From the NCBI RefSeq assembly GCF_964204645.1, contig NC_134030.1:17444210-17508209 (forward strand): a DNA stretch of 64,000 nt, in the 5' to 3' direction. A program made the translations under genes and the position numbers. The notes under the pieces were generated by a model that was given only the letters and a program-made list of their open reading frames with translations, had not been told where the DNA came from and searched no databases. Origin of the DNA: Tubulanus polymorphus. Taxonomy: Eukaryota > Animalia > Nemertea. Of the stretch, positions 36,841 to 50,050 are shown one piece after another; the first letter of the stretch is position 1, and each line of letters starts with the position of its first letter.

Positions 36841-39283
36841 ATACATCGATTTAACACCATCCTTGGGGATTGCCGATTTTGTCGGTAAATTGCATCTGCT
36901 GGAAATCAGACTTTAGTTCAGGTTGATCAAATACCTAATATACCTGCTCAGAACGATCCGTCGTTATTGTGATGGATTATGGCCGATTATTATTATCCAA
37001 TTGTACTTTTTTTAGAATGAAATTTATATGTAAATCGGCCTTTCACAAACTTAAAACAAACATACATTTATGATACCCCTTGCTCCGTGAGAATAAAACA
37101 CCGAACTAGGTTTGCCGTTACAGCCAATATGAATAAAAGCCACATCATAATCGATGTCAGATGGCAGACATCTCTTGAATGGATGATCGACCGGGCAAAA
37201 TAGTTGCGCCACGAAAACCAAGAACTGTATGTCAACGCGATTGGATTCGAATCCTTAATTAGGAAAGGATTAGTACTATTAGCCTGTGTATAAACGAATG
37301 ATCGAGGACCACAATTCTAACTGCCACGATTGAAATAAAACGTATGCGTCTAGGAAACTCAGACGGACTTAATCGCCACGAGGTTACTCAGTGGGCGGAG
37401 TTCAACAAGTGATAAGACACGTGTTAGATCACGTGATAGATAAACGACGCTGGCTCTCATAAAACATTTTCATTTCCTACCGTAAAGAAATTCCTTTATG
37501 AATCTATCGCTGATCGAGTTATACTTACTCTACCTAAGGACCCATTAATTATTATAATTAGAAGTTGTATATTGGCGAACAGTTAGGTCTCAAACTTGTT
37601 TTTCAGTTAACTTCGACGAGAGATTCCGGTTCTGAGGATAGATCTACCTATTTATACATTTTTGAGCATGAACAGATATGTTTCCGTGCGTCATTATATA
37701 CTAGGAGCCATTGGTTTTTTTACCCAAATGGATTTTCTTTAATTTTTGGAGAAATTCTTGTGAAAAAGTGTTGCACTCAAATGGATAATTATGTTCTAGG
37801 AATCATTGTGTATACCGGTATTCACCTTGAGTGAACTGACATGATTTCTGTACATTATTCGAGCTCATATATATATTTAAATATATATATACATATATAC
37901 TTGACTGTGGGTCAGTTCAGGAGTCCTATAATCATCAATGGATTTTCGCTTTTGAAGATATTCAATTTAAGCATAAATATTCTATTTTTTTTTTTTCAAA
38001 TGGACAAACTTAGGTCTGTGAACAATTATAATTGAGCAGGAAGATCTGCATACCTGTTTTAGTTGTATTGTTTTACTAGAAGAACATTTGTTATAAGGAA
38101 TATGTAGAGCAAAAGAAGCAATAATCATGCTATTCTGCAGTACACCACATGTTGGCCACATTTTATGATTCATGTCTTATTTTAGGCTAGAAATGATACC
38201 TGTTTCCAAACATGACGGAACTTTTTTGCGATCATTTACCGTAAAGTACATGGGGGCGTGAGTTTTCGACTAACGCTTGAGTTCAACCTTGGTAGGCCGT
38301 ATAGGCGTGAGATAAATATATAGTTAATCAACTTTCAATCTCAAAATTGCCCGACACAATCACACAACAACCGATATCAAAATCAAACCTTGGTAGGTTT
38401 GTAAGGGACACCAAATCCAACAAATCAAATGATATCTACCAATCAAATGAATAACAGGATGAATCCCAATTTTAAGATCAAAATATCATGAAGCTGAAAA
38501 TATGAAATAGAACAGGTGGTTCATGTATTGGCTGCATCCCTTTTGATATCCACTACACGAAGATAAACAAGGGATTTGAATTTTGAAATCGGAAATGCAA
38601 GTACATAAAAGATGTCCATGTCTATGAAATCGAAGTGCAGAAATAATTATCATACTTTCTTTCGTATTCGTTTTCACGTGTATGCTGGTACATCTGCGTA
38701 TTCCGAATGGATTGAAGTCTTCTTTTGAGTAGATCATGTAGAATGTTTTCGTTGAATATGTTACAACATCACTTATCGCACAAGCCAATATTATCTAGAC
38801 GAATGCGCTACGTCTACGTGTGATTCAATCGGAAATGTCTACTATTACTTCGGTTAACTAACAAGACCGTGAATGTCAAGCATAAAGCCCTTGCTTCACT
38901 GATCACAGAGACAGTCGGGCCCTCAATTTAAACCACCACGAAAATCTCGAAGTCTTCTTTAAAAACACATAAAACCGATAAATAAAACATATTTTGATTG
39001 TGAAAATAATTTTGTAATGTAGTAAAATGAAAAAATAATTTATTATTATCATTGTACTGAATTTTGGCTAATTTCTGTTAAATCTTGTCGGAAATGAATA
39101 CTGATGCGATCTTCAAGTATAGCCCTCCGCGTCAGTGATGGTGATATCCTTGCGCCATTTTGAAATGGGTCATATTCGAGAATGCGTCATATATGTATAT
39201 ATATGTATACGACGCATAACTGGGCCTCAAATCAAAACCCCCTATGTCGGTTTTAAGATGCAGGCGCGTATCTCGGGTAATGT

Positions 39284-39447
<164 letters not shown>

Positions 39448-39928
39448 GCACGCACGCATACGCACACACGCACACAACACATTTCATTATGACAATTTTA
39501 GAACGACCGTATAAAAACATGAACAAACACAATATATGAATAAATGAAAGAGTTCAGTCTGAAAACTATCCAAATTAGCTCTTATCTTCTACACATTAAA
39601 TTAGGTGTTATTTTTATATTTCTGACGACCAAAATTTATTATTTCCCATCCTTATACATTGCTTCGACTATTAATTGATTCAATACAATTTTTATCCAAA
39701 ACTAATTTGCTTTGTATTGTATGCAACAATGACAGAATCAGAACCAGAAGGCATATCTGAATTTCTGATATAAAACACATTATATGCGGACATTTTTGTT
39801 ATCAGTTGTTTAGAAGTGTTTTTGAAAGATCTCTGGTGATATTGTTATCTTACGTGAAGGTGATGGAGAATAAGTAATAAAAACCATTGAGTGATTTTCT
39901 CATTTCTTTGCTATGTCGACATTCGACG

Positions 39929-40990
39929 ATGAACTACAGTACTACACAAGGTTTTCCTACTACGGTTGATCCGTGTGACACACCGTACAGATATGAAAAT
40001 GTGTTGGCTATCACGATTAAACTGGCTGGAAATCTACCAATCACAATCGTCGGTATTCTCCTCAATAGTTTTAGTATTGTCATTTTACATCGACAGTCAT
40101 CCAGTCATATTTCGCTTTACCTTCTGCGCTGTTTGGCCGTGGCTGATTTACTATTTCTTGTTTTCCGCGGAATTCAAGAACCTGTACGATTCATCGCCTC
40201 CGCTCTTACACAAGGAAGTCACATGTTTACGGTGCCAAGAAGTTTAAGCTGGGGTGTCCGGCCATGGTTTTACAAATTGTCTTGGATACCACGTTATTCT
40301 GCGCAGTTGACGAGGAATTGGTTGACTGTACTTGTTGTTTTAGAGCGCTGTATTTCCATCTCGCATCCATTCTTCGCTCGATCACATGTTACGAAGCCCC
40401 GAGTTCGAGTTGTCATCTTATGCATGTACATCGGATTCGCTATATTATTTTGTCCGTTTCCAATCGGTACTTCTATATCAGCTTGGTACTTCGATACGTG
40501 CAATAATGTCCTTATAGCATCTATAGGAGTGTCCAAAGACCCAATACGAAATAGTTTCTTCAGAGCTTTCCAATGGTTAGATCAATTCGTCGGTCCTTTG
40601 GCTAAACAAATCCTACCAGTTTTTTGTCTTGTAGCTTTCAACGCCTTTCTTATATGGAAGCTTAGAAAAATAAAAGCTACGAGGAAAGATCTAACTGATA
40701 AACAAACAACGTCAAGCCTTGATGTTAAAGCTACTAAAATGGCTGTAGCTATTGTAATACTTTTAATTATTTGCGAAGTGCCAACGTCATTTCGAACGTA
40801 TCATAAACTTCTAAGTAGCGTAATCGATATTCCACCACTCCCCGATTCAGCAGCACTTTACTTAACAAAATCGTTATTCGGGGATCTTTTACCAACTCTC
40901 AATTCATCGGTCAATTTCTTTATATATTATTTAGCAAACGACAATTTCAGGAAGACCGCAAAAAACTTAATACTGAGGAGGCGAACGTGA
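39929..40990 (+). CDS. Intronless class A (rhodopsin-like) GPCR, FMRFamide/sex-peptide-receptor-like orphan, ~353 aa
   Basis: MNYS N-glycosylation start, TM1 GILLN, TM2 LAVAD, TM3 ERC, TM6 CEVP, TM7 NSSVNFFIY, helix 8 FRK; seven hydrophobic segments. Confidence 0.92.
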   Translation: MNYSTTQGFPTTVDPCDTPYRYENVLAITIKLAGNLPITIVGILLNSFSIVILHRQSSSHISLYLLRCLAVADLLFLVFRGIQEPVRFIASALTQGSHMFTVPRSLSWGVRPWFYKLSWIPRYSAQLTRNWLTVLVVLERCISISHPFFARSHVTKPRVRVVILCMYIGFAILFCPFPIGTSISAWYFDTCNNVLIASIGVSKDPIRNSFFRAFQWLDQFVGPLAKQILPVFCLVAFNAFLIWKLRKIKATRKDLTDKQTTSSLDVKATKMAVAIVILLIICEVPTSFRTYHKLLSSVIDIPPLPDSAALYLTKSLFGDLLPTLNSSVNFFIYYLANDNFRKTAKNLILRRRT

Positions 40991-41549
40991 ACAACCGCGC
41001 ATTAATTTCGCACAATATGAGTTACAAATAAAACATCTTGAGTTGTGGTATGGAATCTTAAACGTTTTCGTTTCAGTTCCCTTCGTTTCAGAGTCTATGG
41101 TTGTAGTCAATCCATTTAGTCTGTAGATTTGCCAATTCAAAATATGCTGAGATCTCAATATGCGTACATTGTGTATGTATAATATGACGTAACGACGTTG
41201 GTAAAAGATTGAACATTGAAATTACAGGTTGCGGAGGGAACACTTCGTGATACACGTGAAAATACACCGGGAATCAACGACAAACGACAAACTCACCTCC
41301 GGGTGGTGACGAAGGTAGAATGATTTTTACTCACATATGAAACAGACATGAGTCAGTACTAAGAGAGATAGAGAGTTATTGAGCGCTATCCATACTGTCC
41401 ACGTGGATTCGTTTTACGTGCCGACAAAATTAATGAAAGTACGCAATGCCATTCATCAACTTCAATTATCAGAATCAACTTGCCTTAGATACATTTTTTA
41501 TCTTTCATATGCTGCTGCTACGTGTTGTTTATTACTATATATATTGTTA

Positions 41550-41603
41550 CGCACGCGCACGCGCACGCGCACGCTCACGCACACGCACACGCACACGCAC
41601 ACG

Positions 41604-41657
<54 letters not shown>
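41550..41657. repeat. Compound (GCAC/GCGCAC)n-(CA)n microsatellite
   Basis: Directly visible. Confidence 0.95.
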
Positions 41658-41658
<1 letters not shown>

Positions 41659-43608
41659 TCTATTCTATTTCAAGGACGATGACATTTTTATTACATGATA
41701 GGGGTAATTTCCTTTCTAAAAATCTATTTTCTTAAAAAAACATAACTTTTTCGATAAGCTAAACCTAAACAACGTCTTATTATAATTTCTTTATGACTTT
41801 AATTCATAACATTCTTCTCGAATACTCAACAATAACATATTGAAATCATTTTAAAAATTTCGAAAAATCTTGACCCATATTTTTTTACACTGACTTCTTG
41901 ATTTTGAAGGTACTTTTAAAAAATTAGCGGGTTCGTTCGCTACCTGTTAAAAGCCTGTTATTAGCTATAACTAAATGACGCGCCTTTCCGGCTTCGGTAT
42001 TCATGTAAGGAGTTGAATCTTTGTCCTTTGTGGCTTTAATGTGACGAGCCTTATGTTTGCCTTTCCCGGCTTCCGTACTCATGTATGTATCCGCTTCTAT
42101 CTCAGGTCCCATATCCCTATAAGGAGTTGTATCTTAGCCCTTCCCGGCTTCCATATCTATATATGAAGTTGAATCTTTACCCTTTGCGGCTGCCATGTAC
42201 GGAGTTGTGTGTTCACTTACGGATCTGTAGTCACTTTCTGATCGCTGGTGTGCAGTTTGTCAGTCTCAGTAACAGAATCTATGTCATCATACGACTCGTC
42301 ATAGACGTCGAGTACCTGTAGTGACGTAACGGCCGCACGACCTTCACTAAAAGGTCGCCTGCGTCTGAAAAACTGATAATTCTGCGCTGATGAAATCGAT
42401 CGAGAATTAGAAAGAAATTCAGGCGCCGGAAAAATTTCACATTTCGCGAATAGATCAAGGAAAATGCCGCCAGATTTGAGATGGAATCAGCACAAGAAAG
42501 AAAGATGAATTTCATGAATGAAGACATCTATATGGCAAAACGTCACTGATTTATCAAATCATTTCACGTTTTAATATGACGTCATAGGGGGATTATCTTA
42601 GTTTATTGAGTACAAACCTGCAAATGACGATGACAATGATGATAACGATGATGAGGAGAACATCGATAACTCCACGGTCCAGTCAGGTGTGGATTGGTCA
42701 GGTCTGGACCGGTCATTGTCGTCAAGGACAGTCTGATCGATTTTGTTGGTCTGAGAAATGAAAAAAACGAAAAGTCGAGGGATGTAGGTAGAATATGCTA
42801 TTTTTGATGACAATTCGCGGTCATAAACTAGAAACGAACAAATAGAATCAAACTGTAATCTGATTCTACACAAGCTGCAAATATCGATCGATTAATCATT
42901 CAGTTTATATTATAAAATTCAATTCGCTCTTATATCCCGAATCGAGGTTCCCAGTTAAGTGGGTTTAATTCGACTTTGTGTCTGGGATCCAGGGACTTTA
43001 TTCCACATGGATTTTCGATTAGATCTTAGTCAAATTTTGACCTTGTTTTTAGAGGCAACATTTTCAGCAGTAACCGGACGAACTCTAAAGAAATGATGAA
43101 ATGTACAATCAGAATGGATCAGCAGAACAGAAGAACAAAAATGAAAAAGCAGGTATCGAGGTCACATATTTTGCGATTGCCTTTACTCGTTACCTTTCTG
43201 CAGATTGTGGAAAATGACATGAATAATGATAGGTGGACGCCGCAGTTTTAAGTTCATGCAATTCATTGAGTTTGATTCTGAGTTAAGATTAGTTAAATAT
43301 CAGTTTGTTTTAATGTTTTTACACGGCAGTCAAAGTAAGTATACCATATGTAACTAAGTATACCAGAAAGTGAAACCGGGACCGGTATATTTGATTGGAA
43401 GCCAATGAAACAAAATAGATTTCACAAATCAAAAATGTTTCACAGAACAAACATCGATCACAAAGAAATGATTTTCATGTGATAGTCTAGTATCCCAAAC
43501 GACGGACAAACAACGTGTTTAATCAAAACGCACTGAAAAATAACATGATTATAGCGGTGAAAATGTCCCGTCAGTAAATATCATTTATCAGTGAATTTAA
43601 CTGAATTG

Positions 43609-43870
43609 TTGGGGAGGGGTGAGGGGTGTGGGAGTGAGTGAGGGGTTAGGTGAGGGAATGAGTGAGTGAGAGAGTGAGGGAGGGGGTGAAGGAGTGAAAG
43701 GGGGGGGTGAGCAAGTGAGGGGGGAGTGGGTGAGGGATGAGTGAGTGAGTGTGCGGTGGGTGAGGTGAGAGAGTGAGAGGAGTGAGTGAGCGGTAGAACA
43801 AGTGAGTGAGTAAGTGAGTCAGGGGGAGGGAGTTAGTGGAGTGTGGTGCAGAAGTGAGGGGGAGTGGTTG
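43609..43870. repeat. G-rich low-complexity (GAGT/GAGG) tract
   Basis: Directly visible; many G-runs. Confidence 0.85.
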
Positions 43871-45085
43871 AGATTGGTGATAAATGTGGTCTAGTATACT
43901 GAATGATATTATGACCGGGATATCAAATATACATCTAATACAAATCAACAACTTATCAAGCGACCCTTAGAGGGCAATGTGTTCACACGAGATATTTTTA
44001 TAAATTTGTTGACACGGGATATCTTTTGTACAGAGATAAAGTGATATACAGACAAACAAATGATACGTGTGTATATGAAGGAGGAAGCTACAATGATAAT
44101 AATCCGATAAACGGAGTAATTGTTCACGTTGAATCAAAGGGCATTCTACAAGGGGATATTTTTATAGATTCAAGAATGCATTGAAAATGTATCAGAATTA
44201 ATTTAGTTTTTCAACAAGCTGCAATAAATGTAGGCTAAGTTCATTTGCGTCAAAACGTTTACAAAACGTTCACATTTAGCAAGTGATTGTTAGAAATCTA
44301 CAGGCTAAAAAAGAAGAACACAGACACCAGACATTAGACATTTTATCAGTCACTTTCAAAAACTGATCGTCCACACTTCACATGTGTTCAGTGCTTCACC
44401 TGAGACTTTTAATTGAAAATGAAACTACAAACAACAGATATAAGACATTTTATCAGGGCAGATCCAAGAGTTTTGAAAGGGGGATACATTTCTGACCTCT
44501 TCTCTTCTGTTGGAATATAACTGTAGGTGGGATTTTTAAAACGTGTTTTACAAGTATATTCAATCGTTTATCCTTGTGTTTTGATGTCGGGTTTTCCATC
44601 GGGCACAGGCTTCGAATAAATGACTGAAAACGAATGAGTGAATATGAAATATGCAGTCAAAGTTTGTCATAACGCTGCCATCCTTTATAATGCCGACTGT
44701 TCGCGAACATTTTTCAGAAAACAAATTTGCCCGATCAAATTCAATGGAAATGCCATTCTTTTTAACACCAAATTCGTTATAACGCCACCCCAATAGCGGC
44801 ACGATAAAGGTATTTAACTTTAACATAGCCAACACTGTTTCGAAACGGTACACGATCAAATATCGAATAGTGAGGTCTTGCAATCATTAGCTTTTTTCCA
44901 TCCCCTCATCCCCGCACAATCCCGCATTCCAAATTTTTTAGACTATATTTCCCATCACGTATCGTCCTCCACAGTCGTTTTTTTACAGTTTATATTCACT
45001 TAAATTAGCCACGTAATGAATTCAAACTGACGGCTTTAAATGGTCAAAGTTTTCTTGGGGAATCCCCACAAAACGCTCCCCTCCT

Positions 45086-45365
45086 AGCTAGACCTATGTA
45101 CGGGAGTCTCAAACACCGACGGTGAAACGATCTGTGACGTCACGTATAATACCCCATGTACTAATTCTAATACGGTACTCGCCAACTGCCCACCACAAAG
45201 AGAGGCAGCATACGGGCCCGCAGCATCTTGGTAACAAGGCAAACACAAAAATTGATTTACATGACGGACCCTTAGAAAACCCCTATTTGTTGGTATAGCT
45301 AGACCTATGTACGGTCGACTCCAACACCGACCGGGAAGCGATCTGTGACGTCAGTGTAATACCTC
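45086..45365. repeat. Pair of ~65-bp imperfect direct repeats 210 bp apart
   Basis: tagctagacctatgtacgg...aacaccgac...cgatctgtgacgtca..taatacc occurs twice. Confidence 0.75.
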
Positions 45366-46856
45366 AGATGAATTCTCATCGACAGAAATCTATGAAATCG
45401 ACACAACAGAAAAGCTATCATTGGTTCGAGTGATTTACTTGAATTATGCGTCTTTTTTATGCGTCGCTTCGCAGTTTTAATAAAACTATGTAGATTATTA
45501 CGAATAAACGTGTGTTCATCATTGTGATACAGAGTACACAGTAAAGGATAATAATCAAGTCCCGCATTGGTGGTCGAGGAAGTAAAAGAGAAGATTTTGA
45601 AATTGAAATTTATTTTCATTGCAATATTACATTATTGGACGATATTACAAATATAAGTTAATGAAGAAAAATGTAACAGGATAATGGGGCTATACGGAAA
45701 GACTGAAACCCGGCGCACACGAGCGATTTTTACGTGCGATTTCAGTGCGACTGAGAAATCGCAGCAATTCGTCGCTCGTCTGCGGGTCATGCGACTGCGA
45801 CTGATTTCAGTTTTTATCGCAAGCGACCGATCGCACAATATCAAACAATTTAGCGTTTTTCAATGATTTGTTTAAGTCCTAATACCAAATCTTGAAAAAC
45901 GGCAATGTTCAATGCTCGCAGAGAAAATATAATCGAACATATATCCGAGAACCTATTGTTTATTGCCACCGGTGAGGGTGCTGATTAATTTCGAAGTTAG
46001 CAAAGGCAAATCTATAGTGACGTCACGAAGTTGGCCTTTCCTTTCGCTTATAGTTCTATGCCAAACAGACGAAAAACAAATTTGCTTATTTTGCAGATAC
46101 CACTACCTAAAAATAGATATTCAAGGCCTTTGGTAAGAATTCAGAAATCCAAATGACCCATTCCGATCAGGGCCAAGTTTTGGCAAGTGACACATCCTAA
46201 CAGTAGTCATTAGTCTATATTGGGCATGGAATGTGTAAATTGAGTAAAAATAACTCATCAAAGATTTAATTCAATTGATATTGAATAAGCCGGTTACTGA
46301 ATCAGGATCAAAATTTAATAGATATTTATTTCTAAAAGCCGCTAACATGTGTTTCCAAAACGACCATAAAAAAGATTACATTTTGTGTAATATCGTGTCA
46401 ACACACGTCAAACGAAGATTGAACTCTGTTCGAGTGTATCCTCACTGGTAACGAGGTAAGTGAAGCTATAGACGACAAGCTCAAATATTTCATCGCATAG
46501 TTACGTGTAGATGTAACTTCGTAGAGAAGCAACTCAGTAAATCTGATTGAATCATCTATTTCAGAATGTTTACTAAAAAGGCCTTCCCAAATAAAAATGG
46601 AATTTCGTTTTAGTTCCCTTTTTAGTCCTAATTCCTGCAATATAAACACAGAATACACTTCTCCATAGCCAAAAACAACTGAATCGCGTCGACTATAGAG
46701 TGAAAATGTCATTTATCAGTTCACATAAAACAGAATCTTACATACAAAATCAAGAGCTTTGAGTCCTGAGACTCAATCAATCGGGTTACATGACTCCAGT
46801 TATTTGTATCGGGTCTTAAAACATGCATTTTAGGAATATTGCTATGATAAGAAATT

Positions 46857-47122
46857 AGAATCGAGTCTTGAGACTGATTTTTGTATCTACTTTTCTAAAT
46901 TGCGTCCTAGGACTCATTCATCGTTAGATTCGAGTCTTGAGACTCATTTTAGTATCTGATTTACTAAATTGCGTCCTAGGACTCATTCATCGTTAGATTC
47001 GAGTCTTGAGACTGATTTTTGTATCTACTTTTCTAAATTGCGTCTTAGGACTCATTCATCGTTAGATTCGAGTCTTGAGACTCATTTTAGTATCTGATTT
47101 ACTAAATTGCGTCCTAGGACTC
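46857..47122. repeat. 69-bp tandem repeat (A/B alternating 138-bp dimer) with internal palindromes
   Basis: tcgagtc at 46861, 46930, 46999, 47068. Confidence 0.9.
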
Positions 47123-47715
47123 TAACGTTCTAAATCGTTCACTCAATGTATCATTCGATTCCAGTATTGAAACTCATTTTAGTATTTGCTGCACCAGATT
47201 TCAGGACGCATTTTAAAACGTTCATTCAACATTAGTAATCTGTAGATTTGAGTCCTCAGCTAATTTGAGCCGCGGATGAAAAACCAGTTGAAAAAAGCCA
47301 CCATGGTTTATGGAATACATGTATGATAGATAATCAGGCTTAATAGATACTTTTAAAACTAAGAATTGGATATCCAAAAACAGCAGATCTTCTGGTGAAA
47401 GTACTTTACAAACGTTCTATACGACAATAATGCTAAACGTGGGCTAAGTCTATCATAAGCTACGCCTCAAACGAAACCATCACGCATCGTTATCGGAAAA
47501 AGACAATAAACACACACACAAAATTGCAATCTACAATCAAAAATCCATAGGGGATTAAAATTAAAGAAAAGCATTACGGACAAGCCCATTGTAAGTAAAC
47601 TACCACAAATCCAGATATAGAAACAATTCAATCAGGCGCACATAATCAAACAAAATGAATGAGACATCGATGTGCTCCTTATACAGTTTACCTTGTGTAT
47701 TACGATTCCAGAAAA

Positions 47716-47723
<8 letters not shown>

Positions 47724-47793
<70 letters not shown>
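47724..47793. repeat. (TA)n microsatellite
   Basis: Directly visible. Confidence 0.97.
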
Positions 47794-47795
<2 letters not shown>

Positions 47796-47926
47796 CATAG
47801 GGTCAATAAGTTGACACAATGGGATCGTATTAAATGTTGCATTTCAATTAATTTTCGTGAATGCAAATGAGAAAATTGATACACTTAATGTTAACCATTC
47901 TCATAACTTGCTAGATTCGAAGCAAA

Positions 47927-48202
47927 ATGAATTCTACCCAGACGCAGATCGGTCGATCGTACAGCAGTTACATCATTCTCATGTCTCTGTTGAACAAGTC
48001 TGGTGTGCACCGTACCGCGTCACTGGTCATTCTGCTTATTCTGTTCCTATTAGGAGCTTTCGGAAATTCAGCTACTATCCTGATAATGATAAGTCGCAGA
48101 TTCCGCGGTTTATCTTACGCTAACTATATCATCGAAATCCGATTTCAAAACCAAACCCCGAATTAATAACGGGGACAATTCCTATTTTAAGATCCAAAAA
48201 AA

Positions 48203-48301
<99 letters not shown>

Positions 48302-48463
48302 GTTTTGTTTGCTAGTGATTATATTTACTGTACCAATTTAACGCTGATGCCCGTGTTACAGTTTGTTCTCATGAGTGAAAACATCGGTCAAATATTCCTA
48401 GTGAATTCACTGATCGGTTGTCTTATCTATGAATTTGTAATGGCACTTGCACCATCAGTAATT
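47927..48463 (+). pseudogene. Class A GPCR pseudogene (N-terminus to TM3), split by an insertion and truncated
   Basis: MNSTQ...LLGAFGNSATILIMISRRFRGLSYANYII joins in frame to VLFASDYIY...NSLIGCLIYEF once 48135-48302 is removed. Confidence 0.8.
48135..48302 (+). mobile_element. Short retroposon-like insertion with (CAT)n tail and 7-bp TSD (atcatcg)
   Basis: atcatcg at 48128-48134 and 48296-48302; (CAT)n at 48205-48301; excision restores the GPCR frame. Confidence 0.7.
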
Positions 48464-48792
48464 GGGGTAATGGGCTTTCAAATCAAAGGTCGAACGGTCG
48501 AGCTCATAAAAAATGAAAACTATGAAAATAATAACAATTTCTACTTGAATTAGTCGCGAAACTCATAAAAAATGAAAAATAATTCTCACACACTCGAATT
48601 TATTTTTCATTTTTACTCGCTAGAAAAAAGTGTGAGTAAAGTGTGAGTGAAAAAAATTCGAGCGTGTGAGAATTATTTTTCATTTTTTATGAGTTTCACT
48701 CCTAATTCAAGTAGAAATTGTTATTATTTTCATATTTTTCATTTTTTAATGAACTCGACCATTCAACCTTTAACCTGAAAGCCCATTACCCC
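48464..48792. repeat. 329-bp imperfect palindrome (arms ~145 bp, ~90% complementary)
   Basis: ggggtaatgggctttca...tgaaagcccattacccc; the arms align throughout by eye; no TSD. Confidence 0.92.
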
Positions 48793-48810
48793 TAAAATTT
48801 TGTTATAAAA

Positions 48811-49425
48811 ATGAAGAAAGAAGAAGAAAAACCCAACTTTAAAATCGAAATCAATGAAACCAATAAATCATTTTCACAGTTTTACATTAAAAATTATATT
48901 TCAGCAACAAATGTAGTGTCCGCAAGGTATTATAAAATTGAATATATTACTGAATCAAATATTATCAAATGAAACATATTTAATTACTGAACTAGTAGAT
49001 ACTTTTGATAATGGTGTTAAAAATCCTAAATTGTTCAATACAGTTTTAAATTTTAAAGGAACTTTAGATGAAAACATAATTAATATTCTTAAAACTCCTT
49101 TCAATGAAAGAAATGATGATATAATACTTTCAAAAGATTACAATGATTTGATTAACTTAAGAATTGAAAAAAGACAATTATATTATTTCAATTTTGATAA
49201 AAACAAGTTATCTATAATGAAAATTCATCAAATATTGGAATTCAATGTGAATTAGATAATGAAAAATCATTTAAAGATATTGCAGTTCAATGTAATTTAG
49301 ATGATGAATTTAGAAAATTCAATCCTAATGAAAAAGTGCATTGTTATTGCGGAGGTAAATACTTAAAATCACATAGATCAAAGCATTATGAAACAATTAA
49401 ACATAAAAACTGGCGTAAAGAGTAA
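48811..49425 (+). pseudogene. AT-rich virus/Polinton-like ORF (~204 aa after correcting two compensating 1-nt frameshifts) with C-terminal zinc finger
   Basis: tataaaATG start, MKKEEEKPNF...; C-terminus VHCYCGGKYLKSHRSKHYETIKHKNWRKE*; span of 615 nt is divisible by 3. Confidence 0.6.
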
Positions 49426-49476
49426 CATTCTACATTATAATTATTGAATTGAGTTAAATGATTTAAATATCTAATA

Positions 49477-50050
49477 GACTGTTAAAATGATAAATTGTTT
49501 GACAGTTAAAATGATAAATTGTTTGACAGTTAAAATGATAAATTGTTTGACAGTTGAAATGATAAATTGTTTGACAGTTGAAATGATAAATTGTTTGACA
49601 GTTGAAATGATAAATTGTTTGGCGGTTGAAATGATAAGACAGCTGAAATGATAAATTGTTTGACAGTTGAAATGATAAATTGTTTAACAGTTGAAATGAT
49701 AAATTGTTTGACAGTTGAAATGATAAATTGTTTGACAGTTGAAATAATAAATTGTTTGGCAGTTGAAATGATAAATTGTTTGACAGTTGAAATGATAAAT
49801 TGTTCGACTGTTGAAATGATAAATTGTTCGACAGTTGAAATGATAAATTGTTTGACAGTTGAAAGGATAAATTGTTTGACAGTTGAAATGATAAATTGTT
49901 TGACAGTTGAAATGATAAATTGTTTGACAGTTGAAATGATAAATTGTCAAACAATTTATCATTTCAACTGTCAAACAATTTATCATTTCAACTGTCAAAC
50001 AATTTATCCTTTCAACTGTCAAACAATTTATCATTTATCATTTATCATTT
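49477..50050. repeat. 24-bp minisatellite (~19 copies) ending in a fold-back inversion (~3.7 inverted copies)
   Basis: gacagttgaaatgataaattgttt units; orientation flips at ~49945. Confidence 0.95.
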
